From the IMG/VR virus record IMGVR_UViG_2885360797_000005: a stretch of DNA of 64,000 nt; one strand, given 5' to 3'. The DNA is from a virus (Duplodnaviria; Caudoviricetes). Numbering within the stretch: the first letter of the stretch is position 1; every line of letters starts with the position of its first letter. Below are positions 46,296 to 54,971 of the stretch, piece after piece. Made by a program: the position numbers and the translations under genes. The notes below the pieces were generated by a model that was not told the origin of the DNA, searched no databases, and saw only the letters and a list, made by a program, of their open reading frames with translations.

Positions 46296-49183
46296 CTACT
46301 TGAAGAATAGCGGAAGAGCCTCGGACAAAGCGATAAAGGCGATACAGCCACCGATGGTGAGCATGATGGTCTTCTTCACGTCCTGGTCGCCGTTTGGTAG
46401 GCTCGACACAAAGCGCGTTACCGCATTGCTGCGGCACGTTTCCACGTGTCTGCCCCCGAACCGGACGTACATGTCTCCATGTATCCGGCTCTCCAGTGGT
46501 TTAACTCTATGTGTCATAAGCAAGTGTCTCATTTCTTTTTCTGATTGATGATTTCCATACAAGATTTACATACTGCAAGCGTCTTTCTCCTGCGTCTGAG
46601 CATCTGCCTACCCCAAGGGGTATCGTTGTCAAGCTCAGACAGCAACCGCACATGGTGCATATGGAGCTGTTGGTTTTCTTGACCGCATAACTCACACTTT
46701 CCCGCTTTCAGACGGTTGATTAGAGTCGTTTTCGGCAATTGCTCCGCGACTGCCTCAAGATGTGTCTGCTCGTCATAGCCCTTGGGCTTCCTTGCGAATC
46801 CCATGTTGTAGAGGACGGTCTCCTTGGTGGTTCCGTTCTTATCCTTATGGGTAATCACGAATCTACCTTTCTTGGAGTAGCGTCTTTTGACCTTGGATTT
46901 GGTCAGGTTCAGCTTTTGGGCCAGCGTTTTGCATAGACTGTATTCCATGATGTACGCGAATGACGAACATTGTCTTGAACAGTTATTGGCGATGCAGTAG
47001 TAATTGTAGAATCCTCTTATCTCCGAATTGAACCTGCTGAGGATAATGTGCGGTTCCATTGCCAGCATCTTTGTACGCGATTTCGGCATCCACACGGTTT
47101 TGCCGTCCAACTCACGGTATGTGACGGCATCGTGCTTTTCAAGAGCCTTTCTCACGGTCTCGGAATTTACAAGCAACTGCACTTTTCCTCTATGGTTGCG
47201 TTGGAGAATGCCCCTGCTGTTTCTGCTCATCATGTCGGAGTTCAGCACCGTAATATCATAGCCAAGGAATTTTGCGGTTTCCTCGCAATGGGTTATCAAG
47301 GTCTTTTCGGGCGACAGTTCGAGTTTGAGGCAATCACGCATATGTGCAGTGATGTCTGCCTTGATGTTCTCGCAGTCTGTCTTTGACCCGATTACGCCTA
47401 TAAGGAAATCGTCAGCATACCTTGTATATACGATACGTCGGTAATCTTCGTCCATATCGAGCTTGCAGGGAATGGTTCTCAGTTGAGCCTGCATGACGGC
47501 AAGCCGTTCCGTCATGTCAGCCCTCTTGTTTTCATCTGTCTCTTGGCGCAGTTTGCGTCTCAACGCACAAGTTTTGGTATTGAGATTGAAATACGTCGGA
47601 TTGCGCTTGCGACCTACACCTCTGTTAAAAGTCTTGGCATAATCTTCCATGTATCTGTCGAAGCGGTTAAGGTAGATATTGGCAAGTATCGGGGAGATAA
47701 TGCCACCTTGGGGTGTGCCGTGATAGGATTCATGGAATTTCCAATCCTCGACATATCCTGCATTGAGGAACTTACGAATCATACGGAGAAAACGCTCGTC
47801 GGAAATCCGCTCACGCAGGATGTCGATGAGTGTGTCGTGGTCGATATTGTCGAAGAAGCCTTTTATGTCACCTTCGACAAACCACTTCACACCCGTGAAC
47901 GTCCTTTGAATCTGAGTCAGTGCGGTATGGCAGCTCTTGTGAGGTCTGAAGCCATGGGAGCGGTCGGAGAACGCACCCTCATAGATGGCTTGCAGAATCA
48001 TCCGCGCTACCTCCTGCACAAGCTTGTCACTCCATGACGGGATTCCGAGAGGACGCAGTTTCCCGTTTTTCTTCGGGATATATGTCCTCTTTGCAGGATG
48101 TGGGGTATAGGTCTCATCCTTGAGACTTTCAATCAGTCGCTTAATCTTCGCGAGGCTCATGCCGTCCATGGTCTCCCCGTCAGTGCCGGGCGTCATGTTG
48201 CCCTGCTTGACTTTGAGCCTCTCGTAAGCGGCATAATACATCTCCTCATTGAAGAGCAAGCGGTAGAGACGCTCGTACTTATAGTCCGAGGTCTTGCTGT
48301 GTGAACACAGAGTGTCGATTATCAACTGTGGATTTCTCATACGTCTCTCACGTCTTCTACGGTTGATAACTGACAGCCACCTGCCACCCTTCGCCATGTA
48401 CGCGGCTTTCCCGCGCTCGGACTACTATGGTGGCTCCGTTGCCATGTCGGGTATTCATGACCTTTGTCAATAGCCTTGCGGCATCCCGATTTAGGCAATC
48501 TTCGCTTAGATATATAGCAACAGGCACAGCATACTGTCGGATACGACTTTCGTTCTTCTATCCGCTTATTGCGGTCGCTTCGGGACTGACTCGTTGCCTT
48601 GCGCGAAAATGCAGGTCGCGCAGGTGTCCCGATACGGCGTATGTAACTGCTTTCCGCCGTAGCCACTTCTAAGGCCGCTGAACTATCGTTCAACCAATCA
48701 GGCTTTATCCTCATGTATGCCTTTCTTCCTTGCACCTCAGTCGCGGATTTGCAGTTATCCGACTCGGCACTTTTCAGACATGCTGTTTTCCTCCCTTGGT
48801 TTCCCGCAGAAGTGTCCGCTCCGTCACCACAAGGGTGGCAGAGAGTAAGTCTGATGGAAGTAGGTAAAATTGAGTCCATACCTAAACTATTGCTATTTAG
48901 TTATTTGCTATATATCCTATACGAACGCACACATCTTGAAATACACGTTGAAAGCTCCCACCAAGGCGATTACGGCTGCGATTGCCTTCATCAGGTTGGA
49001 AACCGGGGTCTGGTAGGAACTGATTTCGGTGGTGGCTTTTGTAAAGCCGGCCGCACCTTTGCTTGCCGCCATCATGTCACCCACGGAGATGGTAAGTGCG
49101 GTTACTGCCAACAAGCTTTTGTGTGCGAAAGAGGAACCCATGAAGCGGTCATACGCACGTTTCAGTTTTTTCTTGAATTGCAT
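46296..49183 (-). CDS. traE: TraE (DUF4134, pilin-like), split: exon 1 49183-48931, exon 2 46396-46296; 117 aa when spliced
   Basis: Joining ATG T|CA AAC restores ..FNVYFKMSNGDQDVKKTIMLTIGGCIAF.. in frame. Confidence 0.88.
46397..48930 (-). mobile_element. Group II intron (2534 nt, LtrA-like protein) inserted in traE
   Basis: 5' GTGCG at 48930; domain V GAGCCGGATACATGGAGACATGTACGTCCGGTTC; 3' ..CCTAC at 46397. Confidence 0.93.
46529..48340 (-). CDS. ltrA: Intron-encoded reverse transcriptase/maturase with C-terminal HNH-type domain
   Basis: RPLGIP, GTPQGG, RYADD, CELCG..MHHVR..VCKSC; ATG at 48340. Confidence 0.93.
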   Translation of the reverse strand: MRNPQLIIDTLCSHSKTSDYKYERLYRLLFNEEMYYAAYERLKVKQGNMTPGTDGETMDGMSLAKIKRLIESLKDETYTPHPAKRTYIPKKNGKLRPLGIPSWSDKLVQEVARMILQAIYEGAFSDRSHGFRPHKSCHTALTQIQRTFTGVKWFVEGDIKGFFDNIDHDTLIDILRERISDERFLRMIRKFLNAGYVEDWKFHESYHGTPQGGIISPILANIYLNRFDRYMEDYAKTFNRGVGRKRNPTYFNLNTKTCALRRKLRQETDENKRADMTERLAVMQAQLRTIPCKLDMDEDYRRIVYTRYADDFLIGVIGSKTDCENIKADITAHMRDCLKLELSPEKTLITHCEETAKFLGYDITVLNSDMMSRNSRGILQRNHRGKVQLLVNSETVRKALEKHDAVTYRELDGKTVWMPKSRTKMLAMEPHIILSRFNSEIRGFYNYYCIANNCSRQCSSFAYIMEYSLCKTLAQKLNLTKSKVKRRYSKKGRFVITHKDKNGTTKETVLYNMGFARKPKGYDEQTHLEAVAEQLPKTTLINRLKAGKCELCGQENQQLHMHHVRLLSELDNDTPWGRQMLRRRRKTLAVCKSCMEIINQKKK

Positions 49184-49296
49184 TTTTTTTGAAATTGTTT
49201 ATCTGATTTCATCACCCAAGGAACAGAGGTCGCTAAAGGAACGTGTGGGCTTCTTTTTAGAAGCTATATATTGTTTTGTCGGGTAAGTTTCTATGC

Positions 49297-49734
49297 TCAC
49301 CTTGCTTTCTCACACTCATGGATGACCTTACTTAAATCCGATTCTCCATTCTCTGCCATCTTATTTGCTTCTACAACCAAATCTTCAACCAAGATGCCAT
49401 CTGTCATGATAGGTTCACGGAAGCCGGGGCGGTGGAATGGTTGTTCCGTGCTTGATTCAGGTTGTTTCCGGTCTGACGTTGTTTCAGAATTAGAATCCGA
49501 TTGTTTTTCCGATTCATTCTGATTCTCAGTTTCTTTCTGTTTCGACTCATCCCGGCTGATTCTGAATGGCTTGAAGGTCTTTGCTTCATCCGATATGTCT
49601 ATGTCTTCTTCTGATTGTGATTCCAGTTCCGCCACCTGTGCTGCCTTGGCTTTCATGATGTCGAGGACTATCAATGCCGCATAGTAGAACAAGAGGACGA
49701 TGAAAAGCAGGAATACTATTTGTCCGTATTGCAT
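49297..49734 (-). CDS. Membrane-anchored acidic hypothetical tra protein
   Basis: N-terminal TM, acidic linker. Confidence 0.7.
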   Translation of the reverse strand: MQYGQIVFLLFIVLLFYYAALIVLDIMKAKAAQVAELESQSEEDIDISDEAKTFKPFRISRDESKQKETENQNESEKQSDSNSETTSDRKQPESSTEQPFHRPGFREPIMTDGILVEDLVVEANKMAENGESDLSKVIHECEKAR

Positions 49735-49746
49735 GGTGCTATGTTA

Positions 49747-50334
49747 TTATAAGGTGAATACTACTTGCAGATTAGTTCCTGACATTGGCAGGAAGCTCAA
49801 TCCCAACTTGACGGCTTTGTTTTCTAGCTTAGTCTTGCGCTCGAAGTTGTCCGTGGCATACAACAGGATACGCTCGCCGCATACGACATACCCCAGACTT
49901 TTGAGCCGTGAGCGGAGCCTTACCCTGGCACGGTTGGAAACCACCTTGATTCCTGTCAGCGGTTCAAGCCCGAAGATTACATGCCGCCTTTCCCGTTTGA
50001 TTAGCTCATTCCGGGTTTGGGATATGATAAGGGATGTTTCTCTCCGGCTGCGTTTCAGCCCCAACTTGGCGGCGATGTTGCATACATTCGTCCGGCTTGT
50101 ACCCAAATCACGGGCCATCTGTGTGAATGACTTGTAATGGAAATGCCTGCGGATATAGTCGGCACGCTCCATCCATTTCGTCTTGGCAACTTTTACCAGC
50201 CCTAATTTGCGGGCTTTCTGCTTGACAAGGGTCTCGCTTACTCCCAATACTATGGCGGTATGGGAAGTTGTTTCCACCGGGTACAGTTCCGTCAAGAGGG
50301 TTGTCATCTGGTCAGTCCATTGGATTGTCCTCAT
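49747..50334 (-). CDS. Putative DNA-binding protein with two HTH-like repeats
   Basis: WT..L..LYP..A..LGVS..V..KARKLGL and MARDLGTS..V..IAAKLGL. Confidence 0.65.
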   Translation of the reverse strand: MRTIQWTDQMTTLLTELYPVETTSHTAIVLGVSETLVKQKARKLGLVKVAKTKWMERADYIRRHFHYKSFTQMARDLGTSRTNVCNIAAKLGLKRSRRETSLIISQTRNELIKRERRHVIFGLEPLTGIKVVSNRARVRLRSRLKSLGYVVCGERILLYATDNFERKTKLENKAVKLGLSFLPMSGTNLQVVFTL

Positions 50335-50717
50335 GCTTTTGCCTCCTTATAGTTGGTGAAAAGCGACTTGTTATCACGGCGGTACTGCGCAAGCTGTGGC
50401 AGGTAGGTCTTGAAGAACGTGCGGACAATGGCGTTCACTATGTCGGAGCGGCTGCGGTTATGGATGTTGCACTCGTCCAGTGAGTCGGCAAGGTCGCGGT
50501 CTAACTTGCAGATCATCCGTTCTCCTTTGTCTTCCTGGGTATCTGTTTCAAGATAGGACAAGAAGGATTGCCAGTAGTCGGAGTTAGCCGATTCAAAATC
50601 TTTGGTTATTTCCACTTGATAAGTAGTAGCAGTTTCCGTATGCTCATCCGTAAGAGCCATTTCAGGGTCATTGATGCCTTTGAGAAGGTCATCTATTTCG
50701 GGAATGTCTTTTGTCAT
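50331..50717 (-). CDS. ParA partner (DUF3408/TraB-like)
   Basis: Follows parA; acidic N-terminus and an RHH-like C-terminus. Confidence 0.6.
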   Translation of the reverse strand: MTKDIPEIDDLLKGINDPEMALTDEHTETATTYQVEITKDFESANSDYWQSFLSYLETDTQEDKGERMICKLDRDLADSLDECNIHNRSRSDIVNAIVRTFFKTYLPQLAQYRRDNKSLFTNYKEAKA

Positions 50718-50734
50718 TGCTTCTATGTTGATAG

Positions 50735-51508
50735 TTATTGATTCTCTTTTGCTTTTCTTTTTAATTCCGCCTCCAAATTTTCGGTCAGTTGTATTCCTGT
50801 CAATTTCGGCTCCCGGATGGATTCGGTCGTGTCAAAAATGTAGGAGTAGATACGTTCAAAGACCGGGGTAACGATACCGCTCTGTTTATCCAGAGCCGCC
50901 ATCGTACTGAAACGCTCCATGTCGGCACGTTTGGGGATTCTTCCGGTTACAATTCCATAGTTGCAGAAGGTCTCTCTGGTGTTCTCCCAAATAACCAGTT
51001 CAGAGCGTTTGCCCACTCTGCCGTCATGCAGGTTGGGGACAATGAAAAGCTGTGCTTTCATATTTTCGCCAACGGCTTTGCGCAGGCGGTCTATGAACAT
51101 AAGGAAGCTGGCGGTGGAGGGAACGGTCATCAGATCGTAATGGAAAGGCACAACGATAATGTCCGAGTTTACGAACATCGGCACCAGTCCGTCCGCTTGC
51201 AGGCTGCCGGGGGAATCCATCAGCACGACATCCAGGCTTTGGTCATTGTGCATTTTCTCTATAAGGGAAATAATCGCTTTCTTGTCGTTGGCCTCGTATG
51301 ACAGCACATCATAGGGCACATACTGCACGTCGTATTTCTTGATGTCAGCCTTGCGGCACTTAATGATGGAGTGCTGGAAGTCGCAATCGACTATGGCGAC
51401 ACGCACTCCCTTCGTCACCAGATAGTTGGCGAAAGTCACGCAGAGGGTGGTCTTGCCCACGCCTCCTTTTTGATTTGCGAATGTGATTATGACCGGTGTC
51501 TGTATCAT
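50735..51508 (-). CDS. ParA-family ATPase (TraA position)
   Basis: FANQKGGVGKTT, DCDFQ, DSPGS. Confidence 0.9.
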   Translation of the reverse strand: MIQTPVIITFANQKGGVGKTTLCVTFANYLVTKGVRVAIVDCDFQHSIIKCRKADIKKYDVQYVPYDVLSYEANDKKAIISLIEKMHNDQSLDVVLMDSPGSLQADGLVPMFVNSDIIVVPFHYDLMTVPSTASFLMFIDRLRKAVGENMKAQLFIVPNLHDGRVGKRSELVIWENTRETFCNYGIVTGRIPKRADMERFSTMAALDKQSGIVTPVFERIYSYIFDTTESIREPKLTGIQLTENLEAELKRKAKENQ

Positions 51509-51534
51509 TTTTCCGTGCGATGAATTATTTTAAG

Positions 51535-51578
51535 ACAAAATTATCGCACGTGTAACCGCGAAAACGAAATGCGCAACA
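51535..51578 (-). promoter_or_regulatory. Shared transfer promoter, copy 2 (parA-tra operon)
   Basis: Minus strand TGTTGCGCATTTC-N20-GATAATTTTGT. Confidence 0.72.
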
Positions 51579-51680
51579 CTTATATGCCCTCGGTTAAAGT
51601 AACCGGGGTATAAAGGTTTATGTTATCTCGGAATCTCAGTTTGATGCGCCCAAAAAGTGGACGGCAACACGTCCCCGTTT

Positions 51681-53237
51681 TTATCTCTTCAAGGAATGTC
51701 CGTCATCTATATCGTCATAACCGCCTTTCTGTCCGACTTCCCATTCCCGTTTTTCAGAGTGGCTGCCTTCTCCGTGGTCTCGCATCTTGTTGTAACGGGA
51801 GAGTGGCTTATTGGCAGAGTGCTTCGGGTGTGGTTGTTGCTGTTTAGTCGGCTTCCGTTTCAGTCGCTCCAGATTGAAACCTTCTTCTGACAGGTTGATG
51901 ATGATGTGGTTCTTAAAGTTGATGGCGTATGTGGCATCTTCTTCCTGACGGATGATGAAGCCTTCCTCACGAAGGGCACTTCTGACGGAAGAGATTGTTT
52001 CATCATCGAAGATTTCCTTCAGGCGATTGATTGCATCTATATGGGACGCTGCTCTTTCAGACGAAAGGGAAACAAGGTCGGGGCGGTTCACCTTATAGAT
52101 TTTGCAAAGCAAATCACGTTCTGCCTCTGTGGTGGGTTGGAACTTCTCTACCAACTCGATGCGGTTGTTGCGGTCTATGGCTTCTGCCATAAACGGTTTC
52201 AAATGCCGGGACTCTCCATTGAAATAGATGACACCTTTCTTTATATAGGCGTGATGTTTCTTTAGTTTTTGGAATATCTCGCCCTGGGTTATCTTGGGAT
52301 TGAGGGTGAGTAATTGGTCTATGAAATCCTCTATGCGATCAAAGCGTTGTTCGGGGGTGGCGAAGTCCAACAGTTCATCAATGGCTAACACTCTTGCCCC
52401 GTGGATAACAGTCTTGTTGGCGTGGTCAACGAGTATGTAGCCGTATGCCGCATCCTTCTTGCCGAAGAACACGATGTCGATACCGAACTTGGTTTTCAGT
52501 TCCTTTTGGAGTTCTTCCTTGTTGGAGCTTACGTCACGATATTTTTTGAGGATGCTCCGAAGCTGGCGGTTACGTGCTCTGTTGTAGTCGCGTTTCTTAT
52601 ACAATGCCTCGATACTACTTATAGGAAATTTCTCTTGCACTTTGCCACCATGCTTGACAAATATCGTTCCATTCTTCTGATAGACTTCATAGCCCATTGA
52701 AGTCATTACGGCTTTGAACTGGGCGAAAGAGGAGAAGGTGTATTGCTTGGCTGCATCCAAATCTTTATTGACTTCTTCCTTTCGGTCGTTCCCCAGTATG
52801 CGGTCAATCACTTCCTGTGAACGTCTGCGCTCATGGTCGTGCTGTATCTTCCTGCCATCCGGTGCGATGCGTGAAGTGACGATGTGCAGGTGGGTGTTAT
52901 CGGTATCATAGTGGGAATAGACCAACAAGGGTTGTCCCTCCTCACCATATCCCATTTCTGTCAGATAGCGGTGAGCGAAGTCCAGTAGTTCTGCCTCTGT
53001 CATTTCATGTCCCTTACAGGAAAAGGCTACGTGGAACTGTGCCTTTTCAATCCGGGTGTTTCGGGAGGTGTATTCCTGAAGGTATGTGACCAGTTCCTCC
53101 GGGGTAGGTTTTCCGAATGTGCCGAGTGTACCGAAGTTCTGCATTTCGAGCATACGGGCAACTCCTTTCGCTACTTTACGCTCATTGTAACCGACTGCAT
53201 GGAAGTTCGAGTTTCCGGGTAATATGGTTGCTATCAT
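51681..53237 (-). CDS. Relaxase (MOB_P family)
   Basis: AVGYNERK, FHVAFS, HYDTDNTHLHIVTSR HUH motif. Confidence 0.92.
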   Translation of the reverse strand: MIATILPGNSNFHAVGYNERKVAKGVARMLEMQNFGTLGTFGKPTPEELVTYLQEYTSRNTRIEKAQFHVAFSCKGHEMTEAELLDFAHRYLTEMGYGEEGQPLLVYSHYDTDNTHLHIVTSRIAPDGRKIQHDHERRRSQEVIDRILGNDRKEEVNKDLDAAKQYTFSSFAQFKAVMTSMGYEVYQKNGTIFVKHGGKVQEKFPISSIEALYKKRDYNRARNRQLRSILKKYRDVSSNKEELQKELKTKFGIDIVFFGKKDAAYGYILVDHANKTVIHGARVLAIDELLDFATPEQRFDRIEDFIDQLLTLNPKITQGEIFQKLKKHHAYIKKGVIYFNGESRHLKPFMAEAIDRNNRIELVEKFQPTTEAERDLLCKIYKVNRPDLVSLSSERAASHIDAINRLKEIFDDETISSVRSALREEGFIIRQEEDATYAINFKNHIIINLSEEGFNLERLKRKPTKQQQPHPKHSANKPLSRYNKMRDHGEGSHSEKREWEVGQKGGYDDIDDGHSLKR

Positions 53238-53340
53238 ACTGGGGTGTGTTTAACTAATATATTCTGATACGATGTAACCGTGGTTACTTGGTATCTTGAT
53301 TCCTGTATATCGGGGTATATATAATTAAGGTATAGGGAAA

Positions 53341-53730
53341 CTATAGTTTGACAGCTTTGCGTGTCACGGCTTCAAGGTCTCTCTTTATCTCGTTCAATGT
53401 TTTCTGGGTTTCAAGGATAACCGGCATCAAGACCTCCCGGATATAGCTGGGTGGAAGTAACCCGGCTACCGCAAGTTCATTGGCTCTCTTGACCGACTGA
53501 TTCAGGTTTCCGCCTGCCCAGGATAATTCATCCCGGAACTTCCGGTAAAACGTACCAAGGTTATTGATTAGTTCTAACCGTTGTTTGGCATCGGTGTTTG
53601 AATACTCTGCCATTGCTGAACGAACATAAGTGGCAATGGTCATCTTTTTCTCTTTCAGTTTCTCTTTGAGCGTTGATTGCTCCTCCGGGGTCATTCGTAC
53701 CTTAATGTACTTGGTCTTTTGAGTCATCAT
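53341..53730 (-). CDS. Relaxosome accessory protein (MobA/MobC RHH type)
   Basis: IKVRMTPEE..YVR, GGNLNQSVKRAN. Confidence 0.88.
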   Translation of the reverse strand: MMTQKTKYIKVRMTPEEQSTLKEKLKEKKMTIATYVRSAMAEYSNTDAKQRLELINNLGTFYRKFRDELSWAGGNLNQSVKRANELAVAGLLPPSYIREVLMPVILETQKTLNEIKRDLEAVTRKAVKL

Positions 53731-53815
53731 ACAATAGTCCTTTAGTAAAATTGGTTTCCTGAACCTTTTTCGCAAGGCGAAACAGCGAGAAATCGCTCCG
53801 ATGCGGTAGCAGTCG

Positions 53816-53886
53816 GCAAGTCACCTTTGTTGATACGAAACGGAGTTTTGTGGCCACAAAGGTACAACTTGCTTGACAAATCCTGC
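53816..53886 (+). other. Candidate origin of transfer (oriT)
   Basis: Nested IRs GCAAGT/ACTTGC, ACCTTTGT/ACAAAGGT and palindrome TTTGTGGCCACAAA, then MOB_P nic-like ACTTGC and ATCCTGC; upstream of mobA. Confidence 0.65.
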
Positions 53887-53921
53887 AACGCAGTTCGATG
53901 TCCTCCAAGGTTCTTTTTACG

Positions 53922-53965
53922 ACAAAATTATCGCTGAAACTCCGCCCGGAAGGAAATGCGCAACA
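53922..53965 (-). promoter_or_regulatory. Shared transfer promoter, copy 3 (mobA-relaxase)
   Basis: Minus strand TGTTGCGCATTTC-N20-GATAATTTTGT. Confidence 0.72.
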
Positions 53966-53988
53966 GATTTTTTTGAAGGTGGTATTCT

Positions 53989-54365
53989 ATAACCAAGGTT
54001 ACTTTAACCCGATAGCCAAGGATATGGGATAACTTGTTTACAATCGTCCGAAGTGTCTCGATACGGTATAATCAAGATAACTCGGTTACTATATTCAAGG
54101 CAATGACCTAATCCTGTTTTCCGAACAGGAAGTTATCAATAACTATGGTTCTATGGTATCGTGTAACCACGGTTACTCGGTATCTACATTCCTTAATAAC
54201 ATAACCCAAAGGTGGCATTACCTGCAAACCAAGAGGTCTGTGCCTTTTGACATCTGATGATGTGATACCCGATATGATTGTTTCCAAGTTTCCGTGGATA
54301 GAGGATAGGATTAACCCATTGCCCAATATACAGGGATAATGTGGTAACAAGGATTCATACACCAA
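53989..54365. repeat. Field of degenerate TAACC/GGTTAC/GGTATC repeats
   Basis: ATAACCAAGGTTAC 53989-54002, ATAACTCGGTTAC 54077-54089, GTAACCACGGTTAC 54163-54176 and further half-sites. Confidence 0.65.
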
Positions 54366-54641
54366 GACAAAAGGGAAAAAGAGTATTCCAAACTTATATA
54401 TTCAGAGTAGTCAATGCCAACATTTATTGTTCCTCATATCACTTGGATGAAGAGATACTTTATCCCAAATACCAAGAATTGGAAAGCCATAGTACAACAT
54501 AGCCTAAATGCTTGAAACCGAAGGTAAAAAGTATCTTGAAACGCTATAAAAAGCAACGATATTTCTTTGCTATGTCACTGATTTTCACTATATTTACATA
54601 TAGAAACAGTCTCTTATAGGCTACATTATTCACCCTAAAAG

Positions 54642-54878
54642 TTGAAAGTTATGTTGTTTGAATTACTATTCTTAATATACTTGCTACCAGTGGTGTTCTT
54701 GTTCATCCTGGTACTTAGGTTTGCGCGTTTTCTGATAGTCAACGTATTCAGAACGGCAATCTGGATTATCAAGAAATCGTTTGTTCTTTTGTGGAAGGGA
54801 CTGGTCTTGCTTATTGCACTGATAACTGGCAACATTGTAGCTAACCGTAATCAGACCGATAGGGGCAGATACGATTAA
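54642..54878 (+). CDS. Small hydrophobic membrane protein
   Basis: Two hydrophobic segments; followed by a hairpin at ~54879-54912. Confidence 0.5.
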   Translation: MKVMLFELLFLIYLLPVVFLFILVLRFARFLIVNVFRTAIWIIKKSFVLLWKGLVLLIALITGNIVANRNQTDRGRYD

Positions 54879-54971
54879 AGCCGCACCAATCAAAAAAATG
54901 ACTGATACGGCTATAAGGTAGAGTAGTTAAATTCTTCCCTCCTGTTAAGAGTTAGATTCTACTCACATCAG

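Noticed and set aside
46296-46562. 88-aa ORF, and 48917-49183 as a separate gene or traE pseudogene
   Set aside because: They are traE exons read into intron sequence; splicing restores one frame
46529-48340. RT as a retron, DGR or defence RT
   Set aside because: It has maturase and endonuclease domains, domain V/VI RNA and canonical intron ends; no template/variable repeat pair was seen
53989-54365. CRISPR array
   Set aside because: Repeats are short, degenerate and irregular, with no unique spacers and no cas genes
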